Of a stretch of 64,000 bases of DNA, positions 11,595 through 21,398 are shown in pieces. A program made the translations under genes and the position numbers. The notes below the pieces were generated by a model. It did not search any database. It was not told the DNA's origin and saw only the letters and a program-made list of their open reading frames with translations. The DNA is taken from positions 682,001 to 746,000 of the forward strand of contig NC_027218.1 of NCBI RefSeq assembly GCF_000981445.1, given 5' to 3'. How positions within the stretch are numbered: the first letter of the stretch is position 1; every line of letters begins with the position of its first letter. This DNA comes from Babesia bigemina. Lineage: Eukaryota.

Positions 11595-11670
11595 AATTAC
11601 TCACGACCGTGAAAATACTCACCACCTTGACTCCACTACTAGCTCACCTAACCCACCTATCAGTAACGCA
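11595..11670 (+). repeat. Conserved C-rich ves 3' element (CTCACCACC...CACCTAACCCAC)
   Basis: Similar sequence follows all four ves stop codons (also 14370-14445 minus, 56455-56525 plus, 59170-59245 minus). Confidence 0.7.
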
Positions 11671-12299
11671 ACGCATAATGTAGTACAAGTGTTAAATTGG
11701 CGTTTCGCGGTCAAATGTGATTATGTGCCACAACAGTATGGTGACAATGGAGAATGATGCTTAAAATCCGATGTCCTGGTATAGTGCATGGAACGTAACA
11801 ACAAAGAACAAGCCGATGCACCGTTCTTGATGCAATCGTATGCGACTCAGGCGATGACGTGGTTGACTAGGATAAGAGTTGAAACGTGTTCATGGGAATG
11901 GGAGTGATGGTGGGACACCAGATGTCATTTGGTGTTATATACGGCATAGTTGAATGGGGTTTATAAAATATATCGTTGTGCTAACTCGTATAGTGGTCTT
12001 GCAGTGTAGTTGAACAGTGATGTGGGAGGAGTATAAGAAATGTCGTCCCGACAGTATTCGTGGATCTTATAGAGTTGCATTCGATGCTATCAGGGTCATG
12101 TTTCTAACGTTCTTCGTTAACGCGTGCCTTTTATATAAATTTACGCCATATTATAACTGTCAGATCTATGCGCAGATTGGCCCCATTACCACAGTTATGG
12201 CACAGCACAATTTTTAGTGTATCCAATGCATATCATCATTACTGCAAGAGTGGTAAAACTTTGAGGTACGTTGTTGTATATATTGCAGGTTAGATTAAA

Positions 12300-12497
12300 A
12301 TGGGTAATTCTACGTCGGGTATGTCGGAGCCAAAAAACATTGCAGGTTGCGTATTTTCAGCAATTGCCGCAGTCTTCATATTGCTGGTGATATTCTTTTT
12401 TCCATTTCCCGAGAAAGATGGTTCTTACAAGTTCGGAATATGGAATCTATTTCGTGAGATTTCAAAATCTTATGCCGTATCAAAGAATCTCTCATAG
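12300..12497 (+). CDS. ves-linked single-TM microprotein, 65 aa (possible N-myristoylation, MGNSTS)
   Basis: AAAATG start, one TM helix, then amphipathic IWNLFREISKSYAVSKNL. A positional and pattern homolog sits at 57177-57356. Confidence 0.6.
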   Translation: MGNSTSGMSEPKNIAGCVFSAIAAVFILLVIFFFPFPEKDGSYKFGIWNLFREISKSYAVSKNLS

Positions 12498-13266
12498 TTT
12501 CATCTAGTCCACTTTTTTCGGGTACCAATGTCACATCTGTAGTTAATTTAGAAGTGTTCGCCATATTCGTGTTTTGAGCAAACATTCGTCAGGCCACGTG
12601 AAACTATGTTTCAAAATTTTATGAGCGAAACAGAGCCCTCATTGGGGCAACGACTCCCAGTATATCCTAGTCCATATAAAGTCATTGTGCGCAGAAATTC
12701 ATTGTATTGGTATTACACGGGCACTAACACTTAACGTTTTAAATGTTGCCGCGCTTTGCACAGTATCTTAACGGTATCAGATGAGGATATTGTTCCTTTC
12801 TTCCGTGTTTTGTGGAGTCTGTCCATAAACAACTATTCATTAATGTGATACATTAAATAGCATGTAAGACTTCGTACTATAACAGTGAATTGATCTAGAA
12901 CGTCACGTTGGTGTACTGGATTGTCCTAGAGTGAGCGCATTATCTGATTTTGGGGGAGTAATGCCTTGACGCCTTTGGGGTGTGAAGCCCTGTAATACAG
13001 GAGCTAACAGCGGATGAATGATTCGATGCATTCGACTAGGACGTAAAACCAGCCACCATTGTCAATCGTCTTCAACTTGCCAAGGCACAATCAATGCTGG
13101 CTTGGCATAATCCAGGAACGTTGCGCTGGGTACGTGCCGACGAAAGTCTACGTAAGACTTAATCTTGCATTATTACATTAGTCTTGTGTCTCTTATCCAT
13201 ATTGCCGTGCGATCAGTGCGATAAGACAAAGTGTTGGACCTATTTGTAAACTGCGATGCAAAACGT

Positions 13267-13713
13267 TCATTTGCGGGTAAAACAATCGCGGACCTTGTGG
13301 AAAGGCCGAATGCGAAAGAGGGTCATGACGCATACGACGATTAGGATGATGAAGACGAAGACTATGAGAGGAACGATGAGACCGGAGGTGTCATTTTCAT
13401 TGGTTGGAAGATATTGACCGGCGTTAAGACGCTGTGCACTTGTGGAATGTTCTTGACTGTCGGAAGAGGCGGCCTGAGTTGAAGCCGATGCAGAGCGTTT
13501 CTGTCGACAACATTCACATTCACATTTATTCTCCTTGCCACTACATTGGGTTTTACACCCCTTCGGAAGGCATTGCTTGCGGCTTTTGCGCTCGCTGTTG
13601 TACACCATACATGTACTGCACTTTCTAACACTACATCCGTCACAACACCAGGGACAGCAACTACAATTCCCGAAAAAGTTACAACTAGTATCGCAATAAC
13701 ACTCAAAACCCAT
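13267..13713 (-). CDS. ves-linked cysteine-rich single-TM protein, 148 aa
   Basis: ATG 13713, 18 Cys in the first ~70 aa, S/T/Q linker, TM, tail FRIRPFHKVRDCF. Clear paralog at 57996-58397. Confidence 0.85.
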   Translation of the reverse strand: MGFECYCDTSCNFFGNCSCCPWCCDGCSVRKCSTCMVYNSERKSRKQCLPKGCKTQCSGKENKCECECCRQKRSASASTQAASSDSQEHSTSAQRLNAGQYLPTNENDTSGLIVPLIVFVFIILIVVCVMTLFRIRPFHKVRDCFTRK

Positions 13714-14445
13714 TTCCCCCCTTTTCCTCAACTTCAACCTACAAAACCATCAATCACATACCTCAACCTCGGACAGACACTCTCCAATCGCTGTAACGGT
13801 AGCAGCCAGGTGACCGCCATTTATTGCACCGCCAGTAACGTCACAATTGTGCATCAATAACAGCATCGATGCGTTTCAGGTGAAGCATGTGAACGGTATC
13901 CCGGTCGTGGCATGCAGGTCAATCGGTGCCAGTTACCCAGTCAACTCCATCCACCACAGACCAAAGTTGCCAAACCCTATGGATTCTGTTACATTTGAGT
14001 TACAATGATTGCTTATGCAAGCTACTGTACTCGGTTAATGAGCTTCTCATTCACACTGTTACCATCACTGTAACATAACCACGCCGTCCACCGGCCATCA
14101 CGTAGGAGAGGCACGGCTATATTCATCGCCAATCGACGGGCATGTTAGCCATCATGCCAAACAATCACGTTGCATATGACGCGCTTTTATATGTCACGGT
14201 ACTCGTCAACAGCCTCCATTAGTAGCCTATCACCCAGCATCGCTGCCCACTAGAACCATGGGAGGACGTTGGCACGTTTCACAGCTAACTCACAACTCGA
14301 CATCCCAAAACATGAACCCACAAATGCATGAACTGCACTGACTGCCAATTGCTGAGTGGATATTAGGTAATACATTTGGGTGAGTATTAGGTTAGGCGGT
14401 GGGTTGCTAGGTAGTGGGTTAGGTGAGTGGTGGTGAGGTGATGTA

Positions 14446-17400
14446 TCAAGGTTGAAGGTAGGTGAGCTCGGCAAGTTTGCTGACACGTGCAGCGGCGAGT
14501 AGTGACTGCGCGGCAATGCGATGTGACGATGGTGAGTGCAAATGCGATTTGATGTGGAGCAGGTCGAGGCGGATGACCATGATGTGGATGAGGTACAACA
14601 AGGAGAGGAGCCAGAGGGCGACGGTGAGCCAAATAAAAGGCTGTCTGATGTCATAAAGAAACTTCGGAATTGTTCTGTAGGCCAAAGTGAATAGGACGTT
14701 CTTCTCATTCAGCACGTTCTTTAATGCGTTGCATAGGTCCTTACATGTGCGCTTAGTTTTGGTATCTGTCGCGCCGTGAAGGTTTGATATACTTCTCAGT
14801 ACGAAACCATATTTGGACAATGTCGGACGAGTGAATGGGCATTGAGCTATTGATGTGCAACCCGCTGAGTGAATATACGAATGCGATGCAACACAATTCT
14901 TAACGCAGCTCTTGTCGTAGCATCTGCTGCCTGGCTTGTTGCAGTTATTACAACATTCATCGTATAGTTTTTTGAGTAAGTCGTAAAATGTTTCCGTAAT
15001 ATAGACTATCCACGAGAGATACTTATCGGCATTTTCAGATGAAAAGGCTAACCATGTGTTAATGCCAAAGGGTTGTAGGTACCGGCCGCATTGAGCAGAT
15101 GGCACGGAAGAATTTTTGCAACCAACCAGACACAACAAGTTTCCGTCCTTATGTTTTTCGCTCGGCTCCTTGGAGTTGTTGATAACGGAAGCAACGTCGA
15201 ATGTTGGATAGTTGACGCCGAAGTACGCATTGGTGACAGCCGCTTCAAATGCGTGTCTCTTATGCGTCTTGTCTGCATCCATGCCTTTACCCTTGCCATG
15301 CCACCCATTGAGTAGATTGTAGTAGAATGAGAACATATCGCCTAATGTTTGAGGCGGTCTACTCAATACACATATCAAAAAACGACACATTTTGGTAAGT
15401 GGCTTCTCTGCGTCACCGCAGAACTCACTGAGAACGTTGCTTAGATATTCTCCCGTTTTCGTATGCGAGGCTTTTACGCTAAGGTCAGCGAATCCCATGG
15501 GCGTTTTGCATAGTAAGCCACGGTGGTTAGGTGCTGCACAGGATAGCTTGCAATCTGCCTTTTTATATGGATGCGGTAGGAACCCAGGAAGACCGTCCTC
15601 AAAAAACGACTGAAGAGGTGACTTGAGTCCGCACTTTGGGTGCTGGTCACACGTTTGACCACACATTTGGTTGACCTTTTGGTCAGCGATTTGGTTACCC
15701 ATTTGGTTGACACATTGCTTGTCATTGCACCTCCAGTCTGACCCGGCGACGTGCCGACCGTAGTAGCAGTCGCGCCAACTAACTGAGTCGGATGTACGAT
15801 AACACTCTACATGAAGGAAGTACAATTGATCATATAATCTTAGCAACAATTCTACTAATAAGTCTAAACATTGACTCCCTTTACTAGGGTATAAGAATTT
15901 GCCTGCGTTGGCGTTAAAGTCGCAAGCGTAGCGGCCATCAGAATTCCCATGGCCGAGAATGGCGATGAGGGTTTTTTCGGCATGATGGCATACCAGTGTC
16001 AACGTCTGTGACAGGTCCGTTGCGCTGATGGTTTCTGGATACGCTGGCAAAGAGTCAGGATCTTCGTTAATAGATACGATAAATGTATCGCTTTTTGTGG
16101 CATCGTCTTTCTCTGGTTTCTCAAACAGGTCACTAAAGGCGTCATGTGATAGCGCATTATACACGGCATTATACGGAAGGCCAGCGAGCCATTGAAGAAT
16201 GTCACAAATGGTTGACGGATGCTTGGTCGCAGGAGTTGGTAGGTGGCAAGTACGGTAATAATTGACAAGGCAGTCCTCGTAAATCATCTCAAGCGCGCGT
16301 GTAGCTGCCTTATCTACATGGTAAACATTTTGCCCATCGCCTACAAGTAGTTTATAAATATGCGAACCTTGCATACTACCTTTGTCCTGCAGCTCACCGT
16401 TTTGTCGTCCTTTCTCTGATACATTGTAACCACATGTCGTGAGAAATTCGCCAAGTTCAGTTCTGGTGTTAATTCGAGAAGCACTAGCAGTGTTACACAT
16501 TTCTTTCACCTCATTCAAGTTATTGAACAAAATGTTCATCATCGTCAAAAACACTTTTGCGGCGTTACGGCTTTCCTCTGTTGTATTCTTAGAAAACGGT
16601 TCGTCCCAAGTGATCGGCTTAGAACCATCATACACGCGGATGTACGCCTTTCTCAGCTCTTCATGGAAGCGTGTGAGCCCGTCCTTGATGGCGTCGAGTA
16701 ACATCGGATGCTGATGACCGGAGAACTTAAGGGGCGACATGCTATCGAGGACACTTTTCAGCTTACCAAGATTGTAGGCGAGACTGTGAGTGAAGTGGCC
16801 GGAATTGTTAATTTCGTCGAGCAGCGTCACAAACTTTTTTTTGACCAGTCCAAATGCGTTAAAAGATTCATTATCTTCCGTGAATTGTCCACCTACGTGC
16901 TCCCAAAGACTAATTAAAAAGTCTCTCACTTTGCCAGGAAATCCATCTAATTTGGTCCTATCCGTGATCGGCAGAGCAGAATTAAGTTGGGATTTCACAG
17001 CCTTCAACAACCCTTTGACACCCGTATTGCCGTCTATTCTGCATTTTGATATGATAGCCTCGCGCTGTTTTTCAATCAAATGTTTTAATTTGCCAAGTTC
17101 TGTTCTCTTCCTAAAAACGTGTCGGTCTAAAGCGTAACTTTTAATGCTGTCTCTAGCTAAACCTACACGTTTCGTTAGTTCTGCTTTAATATTTGTAATG
17201 CAATTCTTTGCACCATCCTTTAATGTGTTGTCTACGAATTTTACGGCTTCGGCAAGAATATCAGTCAAATTGCCATTTTCATTTTTCGTGCTGTCAGTCC
17301 CCAGTATTTTTACAATGTCAGCATTAATTGATTTTAGATCGGCCGCAAGTCCATACATATCGCCGTTGTTCAAACCACTCTGACCAAGCATTGTATTCAA

Positions 17401-20160
17401 ATCATTCAGAAGCGTTTGAACGCCTTTATTGTTTGTTTGACCTCTCGTCCCCCCCTCTTCGGCGAGTCTCCTCAATTCATTGCAAAGTGTTTGGAGTTCA
17501 CGATTAACTTTTCCGACTAGTAATTGGAAGGTGTCGTCATAGAAGTTACTATCTGTAGCACCGGGATCAATGGTTCGATGGGTGCCGCTCTCAATTTTCC
17601 CCAAATATTCGGTTCCATTAAGCTTATGTTCAATACCTTTGATCATTTCTGGGAATGAGCCTTCGTTTGCATGACCACTAAGCTTTGCATCCCCTGTTAA
17701 ACCGGCTACTTTGCTTTGTTTGATGAGTCCATCGTAATCTTCAAAGTTTTTAACAACAAGTGTCTCTACTTTGCCGTCACCGTCGCTGTCCTTTCCAAAA
17801 TCTTTTTGCAGTATGCCAAGAATCCTACCTTCAAAGTTGTAGATGGAATCAGATAGGGCGGAGGAAGGGGAAATAGCATGTACGGAGGTGATGGATTGCT
17901 TAGCTGCCTTTCCAACATTACCCTCAAGCAGGTTAGCCACATCAATCGCGACCTCCACGTTACCGATGTGACACCGTAGGACAAGTTCATCTGTTTGATC
18001 TCCGGTATGCCTGGCGACACCTACGAGTTGATGGAGGGTGTGCTGCACGGCCCGAGTAATATTGGTATCGTTAGTAAGGTGACCAGTTTTAGTAATTGAT
18101 AACTCCTGGCCCGTCTCTATACCCCTCACTATTTTGTCAGCAAGTGTGACAAGTCCTGATGCCTTAATCTTCAACCCAACTAATTTGGAAAACGTACTGC
18201 AAACGAGTTGAACAACGGTGACGTAGCTTCGAATTGCGTTGGTGCTTGCAGTATAAGATTTTGCTGCGTCAACGGCTTTCTCAACATACTCTTCCTTCAG
18301 CTGGTCAGCAATGATACGTGCGAGTCCTTCGGTGATGTCCGTGTTCTCACGTATACTGTTCCACTGATCATATGGCGGTTTAAATCTATCCTTCATTTGG
18401 AAGTACTCATTCAGTAATCCTTTAACCGGTTCTTTTCTTAGAATATCAGCAATCCATTTTTGAACTACACCTTCAAAACCTTGTGTCCCTTTTTGCTTGA
18501 ACAAATCGGCATACTTCTTCACCCCGTCCACTATCTGCTTTAGGCCTTCGTCTCCTTCTTCACCGTTAATGATTTCTTTAATTTTAGCATTAATATCCTC
18601 TAATAGCTGCTCCTTAATGTACTTTCTCAGTGCACCCTTAATGTTATCTTTCACAGTCTTCACTCCTTTCCTAACCGCCCGGTCCAAGAATAAGACCTGC
18701 TTAAGCGCATTTTCAACCTGACTTTTCAACTCCTCTTTAGCCGCCTTAGCAACGCCGCGAAGCTCATCTGCTCTTGTTTGCAATTTTATGGCGGCACTTT
18801 CAACATTATTCCATTTAGTGGGCTTTGCGCCGTCTGCTCTCAGTGTAACCTCCGCCAATATGGCTTTTGTCTTACTTGATGCCGCCGAGACAACAATATT
18901 CGCCTGATCAAACCACTTATTCAAATGACTCTGAACCGTTTTCAAAGCACTTTCAACGTGACTAATGGGCGCATGGATTTTGGACTTAAACTCCTGTTTC
19001 AGATTTTTCTCAAGTCTTTCCACCTGGAGATGAATTTCGGCGGCAACATACCTATCCAAATCTCTCAACTCATCTCTCACGGCTCCACTCAATTCTCTCA
19101 GCTGCATCACATCCATAATATTTGACTCACTGAGAGCCTCAACCGCCGTCTCTATTTTTTCAAAATCATTCGCAACCTTCGTTTTCAGCGGTGTATCGAG
19201 CGCATTTATAGCCGACTCTGCTGACTTAATTAGCGCAGTAAGTCCATCAGTAACTACGTCCTTCCACTGTGCAACCACATCCTCGTACTTCTTGGTAGTC
19301 AGTGAATCCTGCAAGTTCCTGATATTTTTATCAATTTGAGATTGCAATGCATATAACGTACCATTGGAATTGTTTTCCACAACTGCATTGATTCTTCTGT
19401 TAACCTCAGCATCATAGTAACCAAGCACGGCGCCTGTATGACTTAATGTCAGAGAAAATTCATGCGGGCCTTTATACATTTTTTTACTTATTTCTTGCGG
19501 TAATTTATTTAAATGGCCATTATCATCGTATGTTTTAACTGCATCATCATCTTGCACTGCTTCAAGCACACCACTCAAAAATCCCATCACCCCGTCACAC
19601 AGCCTGTCAAGGTCAGAGTACACAATGCCCTGGCCAGTGTAGCCTTTCGAAGATGGATTGAAGCCGAGGAAGGTTGATAGACCATTACAAAGGTTAGTTA
19701 ATAAGCCTTCTGAATTTTTGTTGAAAGTATTAAGATTCCCACTAAGTTCCTTTAGTTTCGCCAACTTGACATTCACATCCTTCAAAGCTGTATCCTTGGA
19801 GGACTCTATATAATGATGTTTTTCACATAATTCTTTAGCATATTTAATTTTCTCTAAATGGTCATTCAAAGAGACATCTGCAAGAAATGTAGGTTCCTTA
19901 AGGAGGTTTTGAAGCTTATCAATTGACTCCAATCTAGGACGACAACATTCGTAATATTTAAAAGATTCGATAAGCGTAAAAAGATGGCTAATAATACTAG
20001 TATATGCATCCCTAATTGCGTCTTCAATCAACTTTTTCAAAGCCTTCGCCAACTCACCAAGACCTCTACCATCACTTCCATGCCTCACCTGGATCAACCA
20101 GTCGATGGCTTCCCTTAAATTTTCAGGACAGTCCGTAAGCCTCTTGAATTGCGGTGCCAT
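14446..20160 (-). CDS. VESA/ves-like protein B, 1904 aa, intronless
   Basis: MAPQFKRLTDCPENLREAIDWLIQ, GYTGQGIVYSDLDRLCD, Cys-rich C-terminal region, TM plus RLDLLHIKSHLHSPSSH. Confidence 0.92.
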   Translation of the reverse strand: MAPQFKRLTDCPENLREAIDWLIQVRHGSDGRGLGELAKALKKLIEDAIRDAYTSIISHLFTLIESFKYYECCRPRLESIDKLQNLLKEPTFLADVSLNDHLEKIKYAKELCEKHHYIESSKDTALKDVNVKLAKLKELSGNLNTFNKNSEGLLTNLCNGLSTFLGFNPSSKGYTGQGIVYSDLDRLCDGVMGFLSGVLEAVQDDDAVKTYDDNGHLNKLPQEISKKMYKGPHEFSLTLSHTGAVLGYYDAEVNRRINAVVENNSNGTLYALQSQIDKNIRNLQDSLTTKKYEDVVAQWKDVVTDGLTALIKSAESAINALDTPLKTKVANDFEKIETAVEALSESNIMDVMQLRELSGAVRDELRDLDRYVAAEIHLQVERLEKNLKQEFKSKIHAPISHVESALKTVQSHLNKWFDQANIVVSAASSKTKAILAEVTLRADGAKPTKWNNVESAAIKLQTRADELRGVAKAAKEELKSQVENALKQVLFLDRAVRKGVKTVKDNIKGALRKYIKEQLLEDINAKIKEIINGEEGDEGLKQIVDGVKKYADLFKQKGTQGFEGVVQKWIADILRKEPVKGLLNEYFQMKDRFKPPYDQWNSIRENTDITEGLARIIADQLKEEYVEKAVDAAKSYTASTNAIRSYVTVVQLVCSTFSKLVGLKIKASGLVTLADKIVRGIETGQELSITKTGHLTNDTNITRAVQHTLHQLVGVARHTGDQTDELVLRCHIGNVEVAIDVANLLEGNVGKAAKQSITSVHAISPSSALSDSIYNFEGRILGILQKDFGKDSDGDGKVETLVVKNFEDYDGLIKQSKVAGLTGDAKLSGHANEGSFPEMIKGIEHKLNGTEYLGKIESGTHRTIDPGATDSNFYDDTFQLLVGKVNRELQTLCNELRRLAEEGGTRGQTNNKGVQTLLNDLNTMLGQSGLNNGDMYGLAADLKSINADIVKILGTDSTKNENGNLTDILAEAVKFVDNTLKDGAKNCITNIKAELTKRVGLARDSIKSYALDRHVFRKRTELGKLKHLIEKQREAIISKCRIDGNTGVKGLLKAVKSQLNSALPITDRTKLDGFPGKVRDFLISLWEHVGGQFTEDNESFNAFGLVKKKFVTLLDEINNSGHFTHSLAYNLGKLKSVLDSMSPLKFSGHQHPMLLDAIKDGLTRFHEELRKAYIRVYDGSKPITWDEPFSKNTTEESRNAAKVFLTMMNILFNNLNEVKEMCNTASASRINTRTELGEFLTTCGYNVSEKGRQNGELQDKGSMQGSHIYKLLVGDGQNVYHVDKAATRALEMIYEDCLVNYYRTCHLPTPATKHPSTICDILQWLAGLPYNAVYNALSHDAFSDLFEKPEKDDATKSDTFIVSINEDPDSLPAYPETISATDLSQTLTLVCHHAEKTLIAILGHGNSDGRYACDFNANAGKFLYPSKGSQCLDLLVELLLRLYDQLYFLHVECYRTSDSVSWRDCYYGRHVAGSDWRCNDKQCVNQMGNQIADQKVNQMCGQTCDQHPKCGLKSPLQSFFEDGLPGFLPHPYKKADCKLSCAAPNHRGLLCKTPMGFADLSVKASHTKTGEYLSNVLSEFCGDAEKPLTKMCRFLICVLSRPPQTLGDMFSFYYNLLNGWHGKGKGMDADKTHKRHAFEAAVTNAYFGVNYPTFDVASVINNSKEPSEKHKDGNLLCLVGCKNSSVPSAQCGRYLQPFGINTWLAFSSENADKYLSWIVYITETFYDLLKKLYDECCNNCNKPGSRCYDKSCVKNCVASHSYIHSAGCTSIAQCPFTRPTLSKYGFVLRSISNLHGATDTKTKRTCKDLCNALKNVLNEKNVLFTLAYRTIPKFLYDIRQPFIWLTVALWLLSLLYLIHIMVIRLDLLHIKSHLHSPSSHRIAAQSLLAAARVSKLAELTYLQP

Positions 20161-21350
20161 CCTTAAATCTCAAGGGACAACCGTATACACAACTTCAATG
20201 TGCCCACCAACTATTTGAGGTCGCAGACCCTCGCTGCACTGCGAAAATGCGATACGCACTGGGCGGCTAGCAAACTGTTCTCTCAGTGCTCCAAACTACG
20301 TTACTTAAACATCTACCCGATTGAGTCAGTATTAGATATTCACGACAAAACTAGCATCCGCCTCGCTCACCTAATCCAATCGCCAGTGCCCAGACAGCTC
20401 GAAATTCTAATCCGCTTCGGAGGTTACGTCAGACCTCCCAACTGCCGTGCAATGTTCAACTTACTTATGAAATAACTAGCGTTGAAGCAAGCTACGTTCT
20501 AATTTTCGTATCAAATTATATCCCGTTCCAGGAAAGTTCATGGATTGCCCCACTGCCACTGCACGGTTTTAACTTAATACTAATGCGGCATTCCTAAATG
20601 TGACTCAAGCAACTGGGCGGAAATTACACGAATATGAGCATGCTGTCATCGTGAAGCAAAAAGGGCAATGGCGTTTCACCCCTCCGCATCCCTTACAGGG
20701 AACGGAACCCTCGATGCGTGATCGATGAAAATGTGACATCGGTATGGAAGATTACTGATGTAACTGTGAAGCACAGTCAAGATCTATCTGGCTGAAAGGC
20801 GATTGTATGAGTGAATAGCAGTAAGGGCAAGTAGAGGACCATGGTAATTATGGAAAGTGCCATGCCAAACTCAGGAGTCTCATAAGGGCTGAGGGCATAC
20901 TCTACCAGAAGACATCATAGTAGATAGTATGAAGCACGCCTTCACAACCGTTGAGAACGGGACTGTCCGCGAAGGCAACCGGGTGGAGACGGGGCATAAA
21001 AGAAGAGGAGATGCAGGGCCGTTGAGGATATGAAGCGGAGAGCTTTCATCTAGCAGATAAGTCATCGTTATAAGTTATGTGATGAGGTGCATGACACCGA
21101 GAGAAGACTGACTCCGTGAATGACCATCTGACCCGAACTGGATGGATGCCCTCATGGATGGCACCAGTTACGATCGGCAACGGACCGACGTGGATCCCGC
21201 AACCGGTTTCAGCGTGAGGCGGCAACGCTGTGAAGCCGAAAATAGGCTTTAGCCACGTAGCCACATAGCACAGTATAAAATGAGAGAAGGTAATAAGATA
21301 GGTCTAACTCATAAACATCATGAGGCCACACCGTATGTAAATATTGGCAG
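20161..21350 (-). promoter_or_regulatory. Diverged ves 5' module upstream of ves B
   Basis: Minus strand shares ATCGCATTTT, GTTGGTGGGCA.ATTGAAGTTG, AGCGGATT and TGCTAGATGAAA (21055, ~895 nt from the ATG) with the other two modules. Confidence 0.6.
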
Positions 21351-21398
21351 TACAAACATATAAACAAGGATCATCAGCGACAAGTGCTGAATAGTATA

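Noticed and set aside
15640..15730. NQ/DQ four-residue periodic stretch in ves B
   Set aside because: Short low-complexity expansion in the Cys-rich region; not a separate element.
3655..21350. Autonomous transposon interpretation of the cassette
   Set aside because: No transposase, reverse transcriptase or target-site duplication seen; the inverted ends are homologous ves promoters.
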